A DNA stretch of 63,348 nucleotides, filler included, from Sphacelaria rigidula (GCA_964200075.2; 9 parts of 9 records of this genome joined end to end with filler, not necessarily neighbours in it); one strand, 5' to 3'. Positions 48,601 through 62,650 are shown, counted from the whole stretch's first letter. The notes: generated from the letters alone by a model not told the origin. Numbers and translations: made by a program.

Positions 48601-49250
48601 TTTCTCAACTTCGCTCATTGTTGGGTGGGCTATCCTACTACCGCAAAATTTTGCCGAATTTATCGAAACGGATTCGCCCTCTTACTGAGCTACTCAAGAA
48701 AGGAGCCGTGTTTTCTTTCACCACAGAAATGGAGACTATCACCCGCGAATTACTCAAGACGATTACCGAAAAGCCCGTACTTTGCTTTCCTGATTGGGAG
48801 GCAGTACAAGATGGCTCCCGCCTCTTCCAACTCCATATTGACGCCAGCACAAATGGATTTGGAGGAGTCTTGAATCAACCCCACGTTGATGGCTCTGTCC
48901 GACCCATACTTTATATCAGCCGTGCTACCCTGCCCAATGAGGCCAATCGGAGCCCGCTAGAACTGGAAGGCGGAGTAATCACTTCGGCCATTAAGCGCCT
49001 TCGACAACATTTGTTTCACGTGCCCTTCGAGATCTATATGGATCACGGAGCACTTGAACAACTCACTAAGGTTGGTGAACACAACCCTCGTGTACAACGG
49101 TGGTTGGAGTTTATAACAGCATACCAGTATACCATTAAGCACCGTCCAGGGAAAACCAACGGGAACGCGGATCTCCTGTCCCGCCTGCCTCTGCCGCCTA
49201 CGGCCGCAGATTCCAGCCCGGCTTGCCGTTTAACGGAACCCGATGAACCC
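45631..49250 (+). mobile_element. Ty3/Gypsy pol (linker, aspartic protease, RT, RNase H), truncated by the contig end
   Basis: CVSLLDNGSPQTFI...ILLGRD, SPWASPLVVV, FSTFDLASGFFQ, MPQG, MYLDD, LHIDASTNGFG, HRPGKTNGNADLLSR; same family as 36600-42082. Confidence 0.95.
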
Positions 49251-51021
49251 NNNNNNNNNNNNNNNNNNNNNNNNNNNNNNNNNNNNNNNNNNNNTTAATT
49301 AATTAANNNNNNNNNNNNNNNNNNNNNNNNNNNNNNNNNNNNNNNNNNNNCACTTCCCGAGACAGGAACAGCTTATACACTGCCTCATGGGTGTCTCACG
49401 GGGGGGGGGGGGAGCTATCGTAGAAAGAGCCAAAGAAAGAAAAAAGGAGAAAGGGAAAAAAGAAGAAAGAAGAAGGAAGCAGGAAGCAGGAAGCAGGAAT
49501 AAAAATAAAAAAAGGAATAAATCTGAATCGGCCCGGCAGGGATTGAGACTCCAACCTGTTCCCTAGACGTTGTACACGGTTTGCCCCCGATTGTCCTACT
49601 CAGGCAAACGTGATGTTGATCGAACTTTGAAGTTTATTGTGCCGTCCTCTACATTGAAATAAGTACATTTGCGCGGTATTTGTTAGAGTGGTGCTGATAA
49701 ACCGCAGGAATGCCGTAGTATGTGGTCGGTGATTCCCTGTACCCAAATTGGAGAAAATGATTACTCACTCGGTAACCATCTGAATGGGAATAGGAGAACG
49801 TCAAATTTTGCTTGATAGGGTTTGGATGGTAATGGCGATTCCGACTCATTATGGTAACCGTTCGACGGACGGGTACAAAATACAAATACAGTGGGCGCTG
49901 CAGGCGTCGTGGGTAATACATTTCACGGTTCGGACGAATCGTTGCCGGTTCGAATAACCAAATCAACGACTTCTTCGGCCTGATTGCTAGAAAGAGAGGA
50001 AAAAAGTCGACCGCTGGTCAAACAGGTCTCCACGCAACCTTTGCGCCATTCCACATGCCAGGGCTGTGCGTACCCAGCTCGCAACGCTGAAAACAAAGCC
50101 CAAAGAATTGATTCGCACGGTACGAATCAATTACACTAAAATCAAGTAATTTCCAGGCGAATCATCAATTCGTTCGACCCTTGATACATTTTGTCCGAAC
50201 TCTCTACACACTACCACGGTCGGAGGATCATCATGAATCATCAATCCCGCTATCACCGGAGATGCACAAGCTTACAATAAGCAAATAAGTTGTGAGGTAG
50301 TCGCCGCGTACGGTACTGGTCGAGGATCGTCTCGGACCACGACCATCGATTCAACCCAAGCCACCCACCGGCAGCGTGTGGGTGTTTCCAACACAGTAGT
50401 TTTTTTTTAGCACGTGCTTAAAGGGATGACTGACGGATGACTGACTACCACACAGTGGCATTTTCCCGAAAATCCGCGTCTCCGCGCTTCTCTACTTGCA
50501 CTGCCACCAGGTAGAAGGGCTTGTCTTAGCACATGAGTTTTCGATCGAAATAGTGCGGCGGAACGCAAAAACCTCGATCTGATAGGTCATGATCTAAACC
50601 ATCTTCAAAATGAACGACGATGGTTGAAATTACGACCTATCAGATCGGGATTGTTGCTTTCCACCGCACAATTTCGATCGAACACCAATGCGCCAAGACA
50701 GGCCCTAATAGCATAAGTCCCGGATTCAACCCTTATTGACTTCCTCATCCGATTGCATAAGTTGATCCCCGGACGATCCAGCCGTAGCCACAACATGGAA
50801 GTACCCAAGGTTACGGTTAACAACTCGGGGATACACACTCGCTGAAGAACACTCGGGAAAGGAAAGAGATGACAAGGATACAGACAAATAGAAGAAAAAA
50901 AAGGAAAACAAATCGGAGTAAATTGCGTGCGCTATCAACACCCCATTTTCCGCATCTCCGCATCTCCTCACTATTGTATCATCTCCGTATCTCCGCATCT
51001 CCATCCCTAGACTCGACTCAC

Positions 51022-51342
51022 CCATCCCGAGGAAATCATCCAACCCGCCGCCCCCGCTTTTGTTGCTAGCTCCGCCACCCGCTTCTCCCCCCGCGGCCCC
51101 ACGCCCCGAATCGTCACCCACGCCCAATATGTCCATAACACTGTCACCGGTGCTTCCACTGGCGCCTACAGCGGCAGTAGCAGGACCGGAGGAGACGTTA
51201 TCTGTGTTGGGCGGGGGCGAATCAAAATCACCCCCCAGGAGGTCCACCGCAGGGCCACTGGGTGCGGCAGCTGTGGTGGATTCGTCTCCATCTGGTGCCG
51301 TAGCGTACCCGTTGTGGTCGCTGTTGTCGTTTACTTCTTCTG
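51022..51342 (-). CDS. Internal exon of a host gene; acidic/Gly-rich linker with DLLG/DILG/DDFLG motifs (adaptin-hinge or clathrin-adaptor-like)
   Basis: TTCAG acceptor after a pyrimidine tract, 321 nt, phase 1 to phase 1, GTGAGT donor at 51021. The functional label is inference only. Confidence 0.6.
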
Positions 51343-52204
51343 CTGAACAGACAAGCAGGGAAGGGGGGGGGGGAAGAATGAGGAAAAACAAGAACTAAAA
51401 CAATGACATAAAAAATCAAGATCAAGATCAAATGATAATCAAATCAAATAAGAAAAAGAATAGAAACCAAGGAGAAAGAAGGACGTAAAATCGTAAATGA
51501 AGACTGAAGAAAAAAACGAAGATGATGAAAGGAAGGAAAACAGTGGGACAAAACGGAAACAAAATGAATCATGAAGAGTGACAAGAATGAGAAATGTAAA
51601 AAATAAAAAACGAGAGACCAGAAGACATGAAACAACCAGTCATGCCTCCGCGACTAGCTTCCCCCACTTTATATATATTTCTTCATTCTATTTGTTTGTT
51701 CGTTGTGGTTGGATGATAAATTATTATTTAAAAAAGGGAACACAATATCCTACACTAACAATAATAGGGCTATCGTATATATAAATATTGATTATTAATT
51801 ATTGTTAGGGGATGGGATCGTTGGTTGGTTGGTTGGTTTTGTATTTATTTTTTGGAGAAAGGCAATGTATTCAAGATTGTTTGAGGATGGATGGTTGGAT
51901 TTTATTTTTTGGACAAGGGAAAGACAATATGGAAAATGAAGGGAAACGGGAAAAGGTGAGGGAAAAAAGATAAATAATTAAACTACAATTTGAAATAAAA
52001 AATGATGGATCTGAAAATCGGATCATCACTAGGGAGTGATAGAATAATAATTAGCCAGGAAAATATGAGCAGCAATAGTAGCAAGATTAAAATAGTCGAT
52101 GGTCAGAATAATATATCATATGGATAAAAATTAGATTAAAATATGAATACGAATAGTAACTACAGTAATAATGATGAAAAAAAGTGGTGAGCCACGGTTG
52201 ACGC

Positions 52205-52890
52205 GCGTGGCAGCAGTGCCGCAGGTATCTACGCCACGGGTCTCGCACTCATTGAGGTTTTGAACAAAACGGAACGAAAAACAAAGTGACCCTGACGTTT
52301 ACCATAATTTATTAGTATAAGCAAATGAGGTATTCCACCCCCACGGCTAGCCTGACCGTTCGGGATGCTGATCGGGGGGATGTTAGCCTCCAAAAAGCGT
52401 CCGGGCTGTTCGACGGCATTTTGCCGACCACAGACTACTTTTCCTCGTTCCTTTGGGTACACTTGATGTTACCCCACATCTTTGACATGGAGAAATCAAA
52501 TGCTAAGGTGACACCCTCCATACGATGACACCACGTACACCTCCGCGCAGATGACCTATCCCGGAGTTGAACCTCTTTTTTTCAAGTGCTTCTCGAAGCT
52601 TACCCTTAATACCTACGAGGAAAAAACATTTTCCGATTTTTTTTTCGCTTAGCGCGGGACGTGGCCTGAAAACGTATGTAACCTGGCGCATTCGGATTCG
52701 AAGCACAACGCTCAAGTCAGCGCTCGAATCGCACACGTCGCCAAGAAGAAGTAGGGTGTCCACGTCACCCCCCCAAAGCAGTCTCTCGACCAACCCGATG
52801 CCCTCAATAAAACCAAATAAGAAATACGCAAAGACGGAGGAGACTAGGGAGGAAACGTCGGAGGGGGGGGTCTGAGTCGGAATAACTTTG
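52205..52890. repeat. Degenerate ~700-bp repeat; second copy at ~54355-55090 in the same orientation
   Basis: Colinear blocks GCAGTGCCG.AGGTAT..ACGCCACGGGT, GGGATGCT.ATCGGG, GTCCGGGCTGTTCGA and GGTCTGAGTC.GAATAACT are shared. Confidence 0.75.
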
Positions 52891-55800
52891 TTTTGGTGCG
52901 TACGTGTATCAACATGAAATACAATCCCAGGAGTTACGATTGAAAAGCGCTGCCGCTTGTGTACCCGGCAGCACGGGAAACCCGAGGTAGACAGCGTGGC
53001 GCGTACCAGAACAGTCAACATCACGCTGTATTGTGCGAAGACATGTGCCGAAAATTTGCCGGCCACTGGAACCGTCGAAGCCTTTCACGCTTACAGGTGT
53101 ATTTATCTATACGTAAATCTGTACAATTTTCACCAAGTTCAGACTTTATGCCAATTCGAACGTGGACAAAACTAAGCATTTTTCAGATTTTCTTATCAAG
53201 GTTTCTATGAAGAGATATGTGTTGTTGTGTTGTCATCCCATCTATTCTGGACGCCAGCTTACGCCTTCGGGTGTATGTGACCGCATCAGCCCGGGTCACA
53301 CGGGAGGAAGGCTCGTGCTTGCCTCACTCTTTTATCGGGAGGAGGATTCGGCGATCCCCTTCCCTCGTCGACCGTGAAGTCGAATTTTGTGTGTCAGTTA
53401 CTCTCCACTGTTCGGCATGATGCGAGAAAAAATCCCAGATCATTACTCCACCGACATTCGAGCCCATGTCCCAACCGTCCACGGTTAAGACGAATCACGA
53501 TTCATACGAGTTGACTCCTCATGAAATGACAGGAGTCAACCTGTATTCAACTGTTTGTCCCGCATGCACCCGACGGTGAACAACATATGCAGTGCAGTCA
53601 TCTCGACCGCATTCAGATTGAGAGAAACGCACGACTGGTGCGAGGCCCGTCATGTCATGAGAGGATTCAACCAGGTGCCGACTCTTCGTCCCGCACGAGT
53701 GGTACGCATGGCATAGATGTAGGTGCCATTCACGCCTCAATGGTAAATGTGGGTGCGCTTGTACAATCGATTCATTCCGCATTTTTCTACAGGGGATTAG
53801 TATGTGTCCATGATCTACATACCCCCTATGACCTGAAGTTAGGAAGCAGGTACCGTCGACGGTGTACTGCACGACACAAGAACTCAAAACCTTTATAAGT
53901 TACAAATGATGCACGAACCGTGTGATTTATTCAACTCAAATGATGAACATGAGTTGAATTACCATTTTATGTGTCCTAACCGTGCAACCACCACGAAGCT
54001 TCGAGGTTTGCTAAAGTACAGTACACCGGCTCGAAAATTAGACGGCACAGAACAATGCGCGCACGGTGTCCTGCGGTACAGCACTGCACTGATTTCATGT
54101 ACCCGCAGACAGAGCGTACAGTACTCCCCTATATTCATTTCTGCGGACAGATCACCTGCAGATAGAGGGTGTGGATGAAAAAGGATCGCTGTGGACCATT
54201 TATATGCTGATTAAAGTATGCAAAACAGGCTTCACCCATGAACTAACTCGGTAAAAAATGGGGCCGTGAGACATATACGCTATTCAAAAATATATCATTG
54301 TTAGTGGTGCGCCACGAGTCCCGTAGGTATGAACGCCACGGGACGACTGACGTGTGCGGTAGCAGTGCCGTAGGTATGAACGCCACGGGTCCTGCGCGCG
54401 TTGAGGTTTCGAACAAAATGGCGAACAACATGACCCTGATATTAACCATAACTTATCAGTGTAAGATGATAACTTCTAACCTCACCTTTAGATGATGACC
54501 GTGATCATCACGAGAGAAGGAAGCCTCACCGTTAGGGATGCTAATCGGGGAGGGTGGGGGGGGGGGGGGTTAGCCTCCGAACAGTGTCCGGGCTGTTCGA
54601 TGACATGTCATCGACCATAGACCACTTGTCTCCATTTCCATAAATACACTTGATTTTAGTCTACATCCTCAACATGGGGAAATCGTGCGTTAGGGTGACG
54701 CCCTCCGTTATTCAGACGCCGCATACACCTCCATACCGCTGACACATCCCGGGGTTGGATGGCTTTTCATGTGTTTTTCAAGCTTACTCTCGAAACCCCC
54801 AAGACGTCAATTTTCGTGTGTGGTGTTTTTACTGAGCGCGGGACGTGCCCTAAAGGAAGGTCACAGCCCAGTGCCTTCGGATCCGCAGCAAACAACGCAA
54901 AAAAAGAGCACTCGAAACGCACATGTCGTCGACGAGAACTGGAGTATCAAAGTCAGCCTCTCAAAGAAGTCTCGCGACCAACTCGTCGTCCGTAACGACA
55001 GCAGATGAAAAATAAGCACAGACGGTGTGGACTAAGGAGTGAAGGTCGGAAGGAAGGTCTGAGTCAGAATAACTCAGAATAAGTTTGTTTTGATGCGTAT
55101 GGAAGGGCCCGAGTTCACCAAACAAAAGCCAGTAGAGGATAAAAATTATTCTGGCGTTGTTCGTGATTTTTTTTTTTGGTCTTCCCAATTGATTGCCCAT
55201 CACCTCTCAATCAATCATGCAGACCTGCCGGTCCAACCAACACTACTTTTGAATCCACACGCGCATACTAGAGCCGGCAGATAGCGCACGCCACGGCACG
55301 CACACCCACAAACACCACAGCTCACACGCGCATACACACAGACGAGCCAGCACCAGCTAATGGCAAAATCCAAGAGGTCATACAACGGAGAAATACTCGA
55401 CAAAAGCACACCAAAGAAAAACTTACCGAAACATCTACCGTGAAGGAAAATAAGGTGAAGCGCATAAATCTCAACATGATGTTCATACCCACGACAAGGC
55501 CGGAGTGTGTTCGCCGTAGCTCGTCTCTCGGCTTCATCCTTCATTTTGAGGGTGGCGGGGACGGCGTTCGCCCACCCGTTGAAAGCGCAATGATTCCTCT
55601 GGCATAAGTTAAGATGCGGAGATGACTTGAACAAATAAGTGAGTATTCGAGTACAGGTTGACGAAGCAGCAGGTCGGGGCTGGCCGATTGAAACAAATAT
55701 GTGAAGAAAAAAGATAGTCCTGGGAGGCGAGCATAGGCCACTACAGCGACCGTGTGCTTGCTGAGTAGACGGACGAGGTGACTCTGGGGGCATGTACTGC

Positions 55801-56191
55801 TCGTTTAGTCGAGCATTGATGGCGAAATCGTACCTTGCATGCCGATTTCAAAATTCAGATAAGCTACAGTCCGCTTTAATACTGTATATACTGTATTGCT
55901 ACTGTACATATCAAACTACCGCACGGTGTGTTCCGTCTCCCTTGCACGTGGGGCGACGCTTGAACTCTCCTCTTTCGGTGCTCTTGCCATGCTACCGTAG
56001 GGTTGATCTGGGCGACCCCGCAAGGGACGCGGGGAAGCTGGTTAGCTCTGCTTTGTACGCAGCAATTACCCTTGCGATGCCATTTGCCTCACCGCATCGA
56101 CTGTTGTGCGATGCGGGCGCGAAGTAAAAAACATGATAAGCCTGCTTTCTCCCTTCGTAGTGGGCTGTCAATTGCGCACAGCGCTCTGGTC

Positions 56192-56262
56192 GCCCCGGTG
56201 GCTCAGTTGGTAACCTCATCACCTTCTGATGATTGAGTAGGGGGTTTCGATTCCCGGAGTGA
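56192..56262 (+). ncRNA. tRNA-derived sequence (SINE head or tRNA pseudogene) with Pol III A and B boxes
   Basis: GCCCCGGTGGCTCAGTTGG (A box) and GGTTTCGATTCC (B-box-like) at tRNA spacing; acceptor and anticodon stems pair poorly. Confidence 0.5.
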
Positions 56263-56400
56263 TTTGGAATATTTTCTCACACCATGCTCAACAGTGGAGN
56301 NNNNNNNNNNNNNNNNNNNNNNNNNNNNNNNNNNNNNNNNNNNTTAATTAATTAANNNNNNNNNNNNNNNNNNNNNNNNNNNNNNNNNNNNNNNNNNNNC

Positions 56401-57038
56401 CCCCCCAACTGGTGTCTCGCACGCTCTTGTCGTTGGGCACCCGGAGGGTCACTCACGTACTTGTCGGGTAAAATCAACGATGAATAACACCCCCAATTTC
56501 AAATTCGACCTATCTCTTGTTTTTGCCGCAGCACCGCCCTTGCTGGCATGTGTGTGAAAGAGAATAATAATAGCGGTGACGGGAACATTGCCTTGTTTTT
56601 CAACATGTTTTCAGCGCACAGAGACGCGTCCTGTCCAGAAAAAGAGACAGAGAAATCCATCTTCGCATTGGTGAGGTCGACAGGCAATTGTAAGAAGAGA
56701 GGATATCTCTCCGCAGCTCGATGTTTCGGTACATGAAAAATTCGGTACATGCTGGTAACATGCATGATGCTAGTCTCTCGAGCGATTGGTAATCGCTGAG
56801 CGAGGAGCACAAAGGACACAGGCGAGGAGCTTCCTCTCTGTCGTTGCTTCTCTCTAAGGCGATATCGTCATCGACACGTGTGTACACCGCATTCGTTCGG
56901 TGCACCTAGCCAGATTTGATTCATTGCTGCAGAGTTTCGGGGGGGAAAATGGTTCCGCTCTGTGTAACAATGTCGCATTATCCCTGCAGAAAAGATATAC
57001 CAACCTCATATTTGAGATGGACCCCATTTTCCAGGATC
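56401..57038 (-). repeat. ~640-bp repeat, inverted copy of 62651-63287
   Basis: Both copies encode HRTNAVYTRVDDD...ERSNDREEAPR on opposite strands; DNA similarity runs from the C-run to GAGATGGACCCCATTTTCCAGGATCC. Confidence 0.9.
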
Positions 57039-57976
57039 CGCTGTTATTGTGTAAACTCCGAACAAAGGGGTTTTTCCCTACTCGTGGGAATGAACTGTTG
57101 ACTAGTTTGTCAACCCGATAATATCCCACGAAGTCAGCGAGATCCTTGACTTCTCTATGGTGGGCTCCTAACTGAGACCGACAGAGCCTATACATACAGT
57201 AGTGGGCGGTCTAACTATTCATTTTGAGGCGTTTTGTGATTTCTTCGTAATTGGCGATTTTCTTGGCCTCTTCTCGCTTGCCACCACTTACCACACTGGG
57301 GATCTGAAGATATTTGTATCCGCTTCACATTCCAAGAAAAAAAAAAACATATGTACTCAATATTGAGTGACTTACGGACTGACCGGTCATCGGGGGTCCT
57401 GCGACGTTTCAGCCCAGATTCTTAATCTTCGGTATTTTTGGCCGATCGAGCCTGTCCCGATTATATTTCTGAAGAAATGTACAGTTTTTTTTCAAGTTCT
57501 GCCTACTCATTGTACTAGAGCCGAAAAACTGTGTTTCACGGTCAATAACACCCTCCTGATGAACGGAGTATCTACTCGTTTTGCCCGATAACACCAACTA
57601 GCACTGACTTGGGCACTATGTTTTGAGGATGATATGTTTATTTGTACCAAAATCTACCGACGCTAGCAATTTCGAGTTCTATCGAAGAGAAGTAAGCGAA
57701 GAAAACCTCGAAACCCCGCTGAATAGTTGGACCGCCCACTACTGTAACATTAACCCTCTGCGAAGCTTTCAAGATTTCCCCTTTAGTCTGCGCGAGCTTT
57801 CTAACCCGAAAATCAAGCCATAAAGTTCCGTAACGATACGCTACGTTTTGACTCACCAGGTCGTGTGCCAAAGATCAGTAAACATCGACCTACACAACCA
57901 CGTAGCGCAAAGGCTGACACTGATGGAGCTGACTTATAAAAGAGCGGGTGTGAAAGCGGGTCGAGTTTTTTGTGTG

Positions 57977-58068
57977 TTGTGACGGTTTGAGAAACAACTA
58001 ACTAGACTACTGACCAATCAGCGCTGACTGGTCAGTAGTCTAGTTAGTTGTCTCTCAAACCGTCACAA
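57977..58068. repeat. 92-bp loop-less palindrome (46-bp arms, 2 mismatches)
   Basis: TTGTGACGGTTTGAGAAACAACTAACTAGACTACTGACCAATCAGC|GCTGACTGGTCAGTAGTCTAGTTAGTTGTCTCTCAAACCGTCACAA. Confidence 0.97.
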
Positions 58069-59270
58069 TGTATATATATATATATAAAAATATATGACGT
58101 TACTAGAGGAGCTCACCACGGAATGCGGCGTTCAAGCCTTGAAAATGAGGAGCGTTGGCGACGCTTACACACCACTCACACGCGGCCATTTGGCTGGCCT
58201 CGAAAATCCCCGGGTGGGTTTTCCAAACGTCTCCCTACATGCCGTCCGTTTTGAAACACCCTCCTAAAGACCTTGGGTATTCGCAATCCTTTAGAGGGTT
58301 TTCTCTTGAGTAAGCAACAGCCTGGATTCGTTTTTGAGGTTCAACATTCAATTGAGGTTCAACGGACCATCGAAATTCCATTTACTTTGTTCGAAAGGCT
58401 CGGGATTCGCAACCGCTTTCGACCATGTGCCCCTAACGCAGAAGTTTCTGCGCGGCAGCGAAAGCATGATGGTGAGGAGTCCAACAGTAAAGCCACCGTC
58501 ATTCATTGTGCCGCATCTTTTGAGCAACCCCTCCCTGCGTCTAAGCGCTCCGGAACACGCAACAAAGCATGCTGAAAACATGCTTATTCGGACTAGTCGT
58601 CGAGTTTTCGAGCGCCTCTTGTTGAGTATCTGAGAGAGACTTCATACTGTTGCGCCGGCGACGACCGCCATCAGCGAAACGATCCAATGCGGCGCCAGAT
58701 GCCAACGATCCTTGAAACACATCATCATTCGGCAGTCTGCTGAGCTATACCGGTGCCCTACAATAAAAGCTGCAGACACACACAACGGTAAGGGCTAGCC
58801 CCGCGCCTGGGGTTGTTTCGCCTGTAGTGCCCATGCGAGGCGCTTCATCCAGTCTGAACCAGCTATCACACCTTGTATGGCCACTTCCGCCGTGGCTGTG
58901 TTGAGAACCGGTTTCGCGGTGGGCTGTTGAACAATACTTAGTCTACTGTAGTGCAACGCGCTTGAAAACTTATTTTTAATTTAGAAGTCGCGGCAGCTGT
59001 AGTTTGAATATCTCTTCTGACGGTCCCAAACGAGATCTGATGCAGCGACGAAAAGTGCTGGCACCCTCTTTATTATTTTCTTTATTTTCTTTTTCTTTTC
59101 TGTTCCAATTTTTTTCTGTTCTGTTTTGTTTCTTTTCATTTTTTTCCTGAGAGCGTGTTCCCGTTTCGTTTTTTTTGGGTACGTCTATCACGAGACCACG
59201 GCTGGACCCCTGGGGGATCAGTTAAAGTGCGACAATCAATCAATCAATCAAATACCGGCAATCCACACAA

Positions 59271-59669
59271 TGTCGTCATATAGAAAGGAAACAATACTCT
59301 ACAAAGCGTCGACGAGAATGGGCTCCAAAGTCTCATTTCCTCTTTCAACATTGGGGTCTCCCTCGAGGGTTCGTGTCAATATCGAAGTCCTCTGGATTAT
59401 TTCTGAAGGCACTCGTGCTGTGGGAACCCCATACGTGTAAAAGCATATGTGGGACTTGTACACCAGAGAACAGACAGCAATTCTATAAAATGAGGTTCTA
59501 CGATGAAATGAGACTACTTGTGACGCCAGCCAAAAGAAGAACTGCTGGATCACCGCTATTCGAGGGACACCCCGGTCGCACTGGCCTCACTTTCAGTTGT
59601 CAGCCTTCAAAACATTTCATTATTCGGAGTGCCCTTGTAGGCACGGCCTCATAGACCCGTCAGGTGTCA
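59271..59669 (-). mobile_element. Possible 3' LTR of the adjacent Gypsy element
   Basis: TG...CA ends and a purine-rich GGGGATATGGGGA immediately upstream on the minus strand; no partner LTR to confirm. Confidence 0.3.
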
Positions 59670-59860
59670 TCCCCATATCCCCAGTTATGAATCCAGAATC
59701 CTCCCAGATGCCTCCAGAATCCCCATGTCCCCGGTCATTATCCAGATCATCACTACAACAGCAGGAAACGGCGGGATTTCGTCATGTCATTCCCAAAGCG
59801 CGTTGGATGAAAATCGAGCAACAAGTTTGACACGTAGAAAACGCCAAAACGACGAGTAAG

Positions 59861-62647
59861 TCACAACTGAATACCAAACTCACGCGTGATACGAGCAGCA
59901 ACGGCACGAATCACGTGCACTTTACGCAACTCCTTCGTGAGAAATTCCGGAGCGACTTCAAAAATATCCTTGAAAGGCTCCCACGTACGCTCCTCAACTT
60001 CGAAACCAACCCAGTCGACCAACACGGTCAACGAACGATCGTCTGCTTCTGCCACTCGGACAATACCAGCCATCTAAAATTGCCCCTGATTGAAAGCGTG
60101 CTGAAACGCGTCCTTAATGTCAGCCGTGACATTAAGCTGCGAGTCTGCATGAAAACGCAAACAGCTACATGATCGGTCTGACCACGACCCGAAAAAATGT
60201 TCTGGATCTCAAACACATGCGAGTGGTGAGCACGAATCAGTCTCGACGGACCAGTCCACGTCGCCATCAACTTGGGCGTAACGCCCGGACGACGAAAGCG
60301 TGCATACAAGACATAGTTTCCTACCTCAAAATTCGGCAATTCCAGCCCCGACGAGGACTCCTCACGTCTATGCGCACGTTCAGCGGCAACATGGTCCTGC
60401 ACTTGAACGTAGGAACGTCCTTGCAAGTACGAGACTCCTTGCAATGCACGCTTAATTTGACCATCATACAAGGCATCACATTCCATTCCCCCGCCGACGA
60501 AGACGCCAACACCGAGAAAGACGTCCGAGGAGCACGACCGAAAATTACGTGGTATGGCGTACTATATCGTGACGACGACGATACGCTGTATTAAGCGCCC
60601 ATTGCACCGCAGGCAACACGTCCACCCACTCGGAAACCGCTCTATTCTGCTCGAGAAGAATAGAGCGAAGAGCTCAAATGATCTCCTCGACCATGCGTCC
60701 GCACGTGCCGTTAGATCACGGACAATACGCGACCGCAAACTGGTGGTCAACGTGCAAAGCCTGTCGCAATCGGGCCAAGATCGCATTATTGAAATGCGTG
60801 GCGGGGTTACTCACACACGCGGCACCCCCGAAGTCTTGCACCAATTTAGCAAAGATGCAGTAGTCGATTCAGCAGTACACACTGCTACTGGTTCCAGACA
60901 CACGAAGTTGCTCAAATCATCCATGATTACCAAAATGTTTCGAAACTCAGCATCCTCCGACAAACCTTGGGAAGCTAGCGGACCACTGTCGCCCACGTAC
61001 AAGAAGTCAAAATGAACGACTTTATTCGGCATGGTCCCATGGACCGTTTCACCGAGTGGGCGGGGAACAACATCGCCCGCCCTCGAGTCAGCACAGTGAA
61101 GACACTGGTGGACAAATTTGCGCACATGAGTTTCCATCCCCTGCCAAGAACGAAAATCTTGCAAGCGCACCAGCGTCGCAGCCACACCACGATGCCCGGC
61201 GTCGCGCATGTGCGCGCAAATCATCAGACGTACCTGCAACTGCTTCTCAGAACTCGTAATCCGCAAAACGTTCCGGCCACGCACATGCACACGAAACAGA
61301 CATTCAATGCTCAAGATAGCAGCACTAGCGTCCGACTCGAAAGATTGCGCATCCGCATCTTCGGCCCCGGGGTCTTTCCGTTGCGCTTGGCGGGCAATAT
61401 ATTTGGACGGCCTCGAGTCATCAGGTTCACACAGACCATACACAGCCACAGCGCGCACAGGTAAAGCCGGAATATTCACCCAATGCGAAAGCAAGTCACC
61501 CCACGCGTTATGGTCACCAGAAATGTGGCAAATCGAGTAACGACACTGGCCAAGAACACCTCTCCAACCCTCCAAACGTTGTGCCAATGCCTTCGACACA
61601 GACGTAACGCACACTTCCGGGATGAAAATATACACGAGATTTCGATTATCCTTGAAAATGTGCACGCCACCCCAAAACCGATGCTCTGAACGACAAAAAA
61701 TGATCACGCTAGGAAAACCTTCCTTGTCAATTGTGGCCCAAGCCAACTGTGAAGCCTTGAAACTACCACTGAGGAAAGCCAGCGGTTCATCCGTTATATG
61801 CTCGACCGGCAAGCGTCGTTGCATTTCAACTTCAGGCACCTGCGTGACAACACTACCCCAATGGTACTCAGAAGCATCCGAAAACATCAACACCTGGCAA
61901 TCAGGACGAGGATGCAACAGCGTCACGGCATGGGCCACAAGAGCTTTCGCTGTCGCCCAAGCCTGCAGCCTGCCCTCCGTCCACGATGCAGGCGGAATAG
62001 CTCGTGTTGTTGCCACACTCTTCGTCCGCCGCGCAGCACCCGCCATGAGGTCTTCGAGGAAACAACGAAAGGGAGCTACGATTTCTGTCATACGCGGCAA
62101 CGAGGTACGCAGCCAAGTCACGGTGTGAAATAATTGCACGAGTTCTGTGGCCGTCTGTGGGTGCTGCATGTCAGAGAAGCCTGCAATCTGACAGGATCAT
62201 GAGACACGCGTCTGTGTGGGCACACTTTCCCACACCACACGAGTTCACTAGCGAAAAAGATGCACTTGTGCGCAGCCGCAAACAAACCAACGCTCTCTAA
62301 ACGAGCCAAGATAGCATCAAGCGTGTCTAAAAGTTCGCCTTCCGTTTCCGCGAAAAAGAACACATCTTCCACTCACATATTGAATTTTAAGCCGACGAGA
62401 AGTTCTGCCATGATGCCTTAAAAATATGTCGTGGCATTCAGCACGCCTTGTGGCACTCGCTTGGGGGTAAACAAGCCAAACGGAGTCGTGATGGTGAAGA
62501 GCTTCTGCATCTCCACCGCCAACGGCATGTGCTAGTAATCTCGGAGGACGTCAAACTTGCCAAAAAAATGAGCTCTCAACAGATCACGCATGTCCGACTC
62601 TTGGTTGGGCATCACACCCGGCGACCTCTCAACTTCCTCATTCAAGA
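59861..62647 (-). mobile_element. Chromodomain-bearing Ty3/Gypsy pol (RT, RNase H, integrase, chromodomain), degenerate, a different family from the other three
   Basis: FFGKFDVLRDY*HMPL...RVPQGVLNA...*VEDVFF, MFSDASEYHWG, AHMRDAGHRG...CLHC, HFDFL...MDDLSNF, KLMATWTGP, VDWVGFEVEERTWEP. Confidence 0.93.
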
Positions 62648-62650
62648 GTG

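Noticed and set aside
36600..49250. A single retroelement or tandem gag-pol system spanning two contigs
   Set aside because: The two parts are separated by a linker, each has its own RT and RNase H, and the order would be wrong.
51350..52190. AT-rich, purine-skewed island
   Set aside because: Low-complexity intronic sequence upstream of the minus-strand exon; no structure found.
14384..62535. Targeted G-to-A editing suggested by many Trp-to-stop changes (14384, 20124, 39839, 41200, 41568, ~62373, ~62533)
   Set aside because: TGG is one transition from two stop codons and such stops are the easiest to spot. Other stop types also occur, and no spectrum can be computed without consensus alignments.
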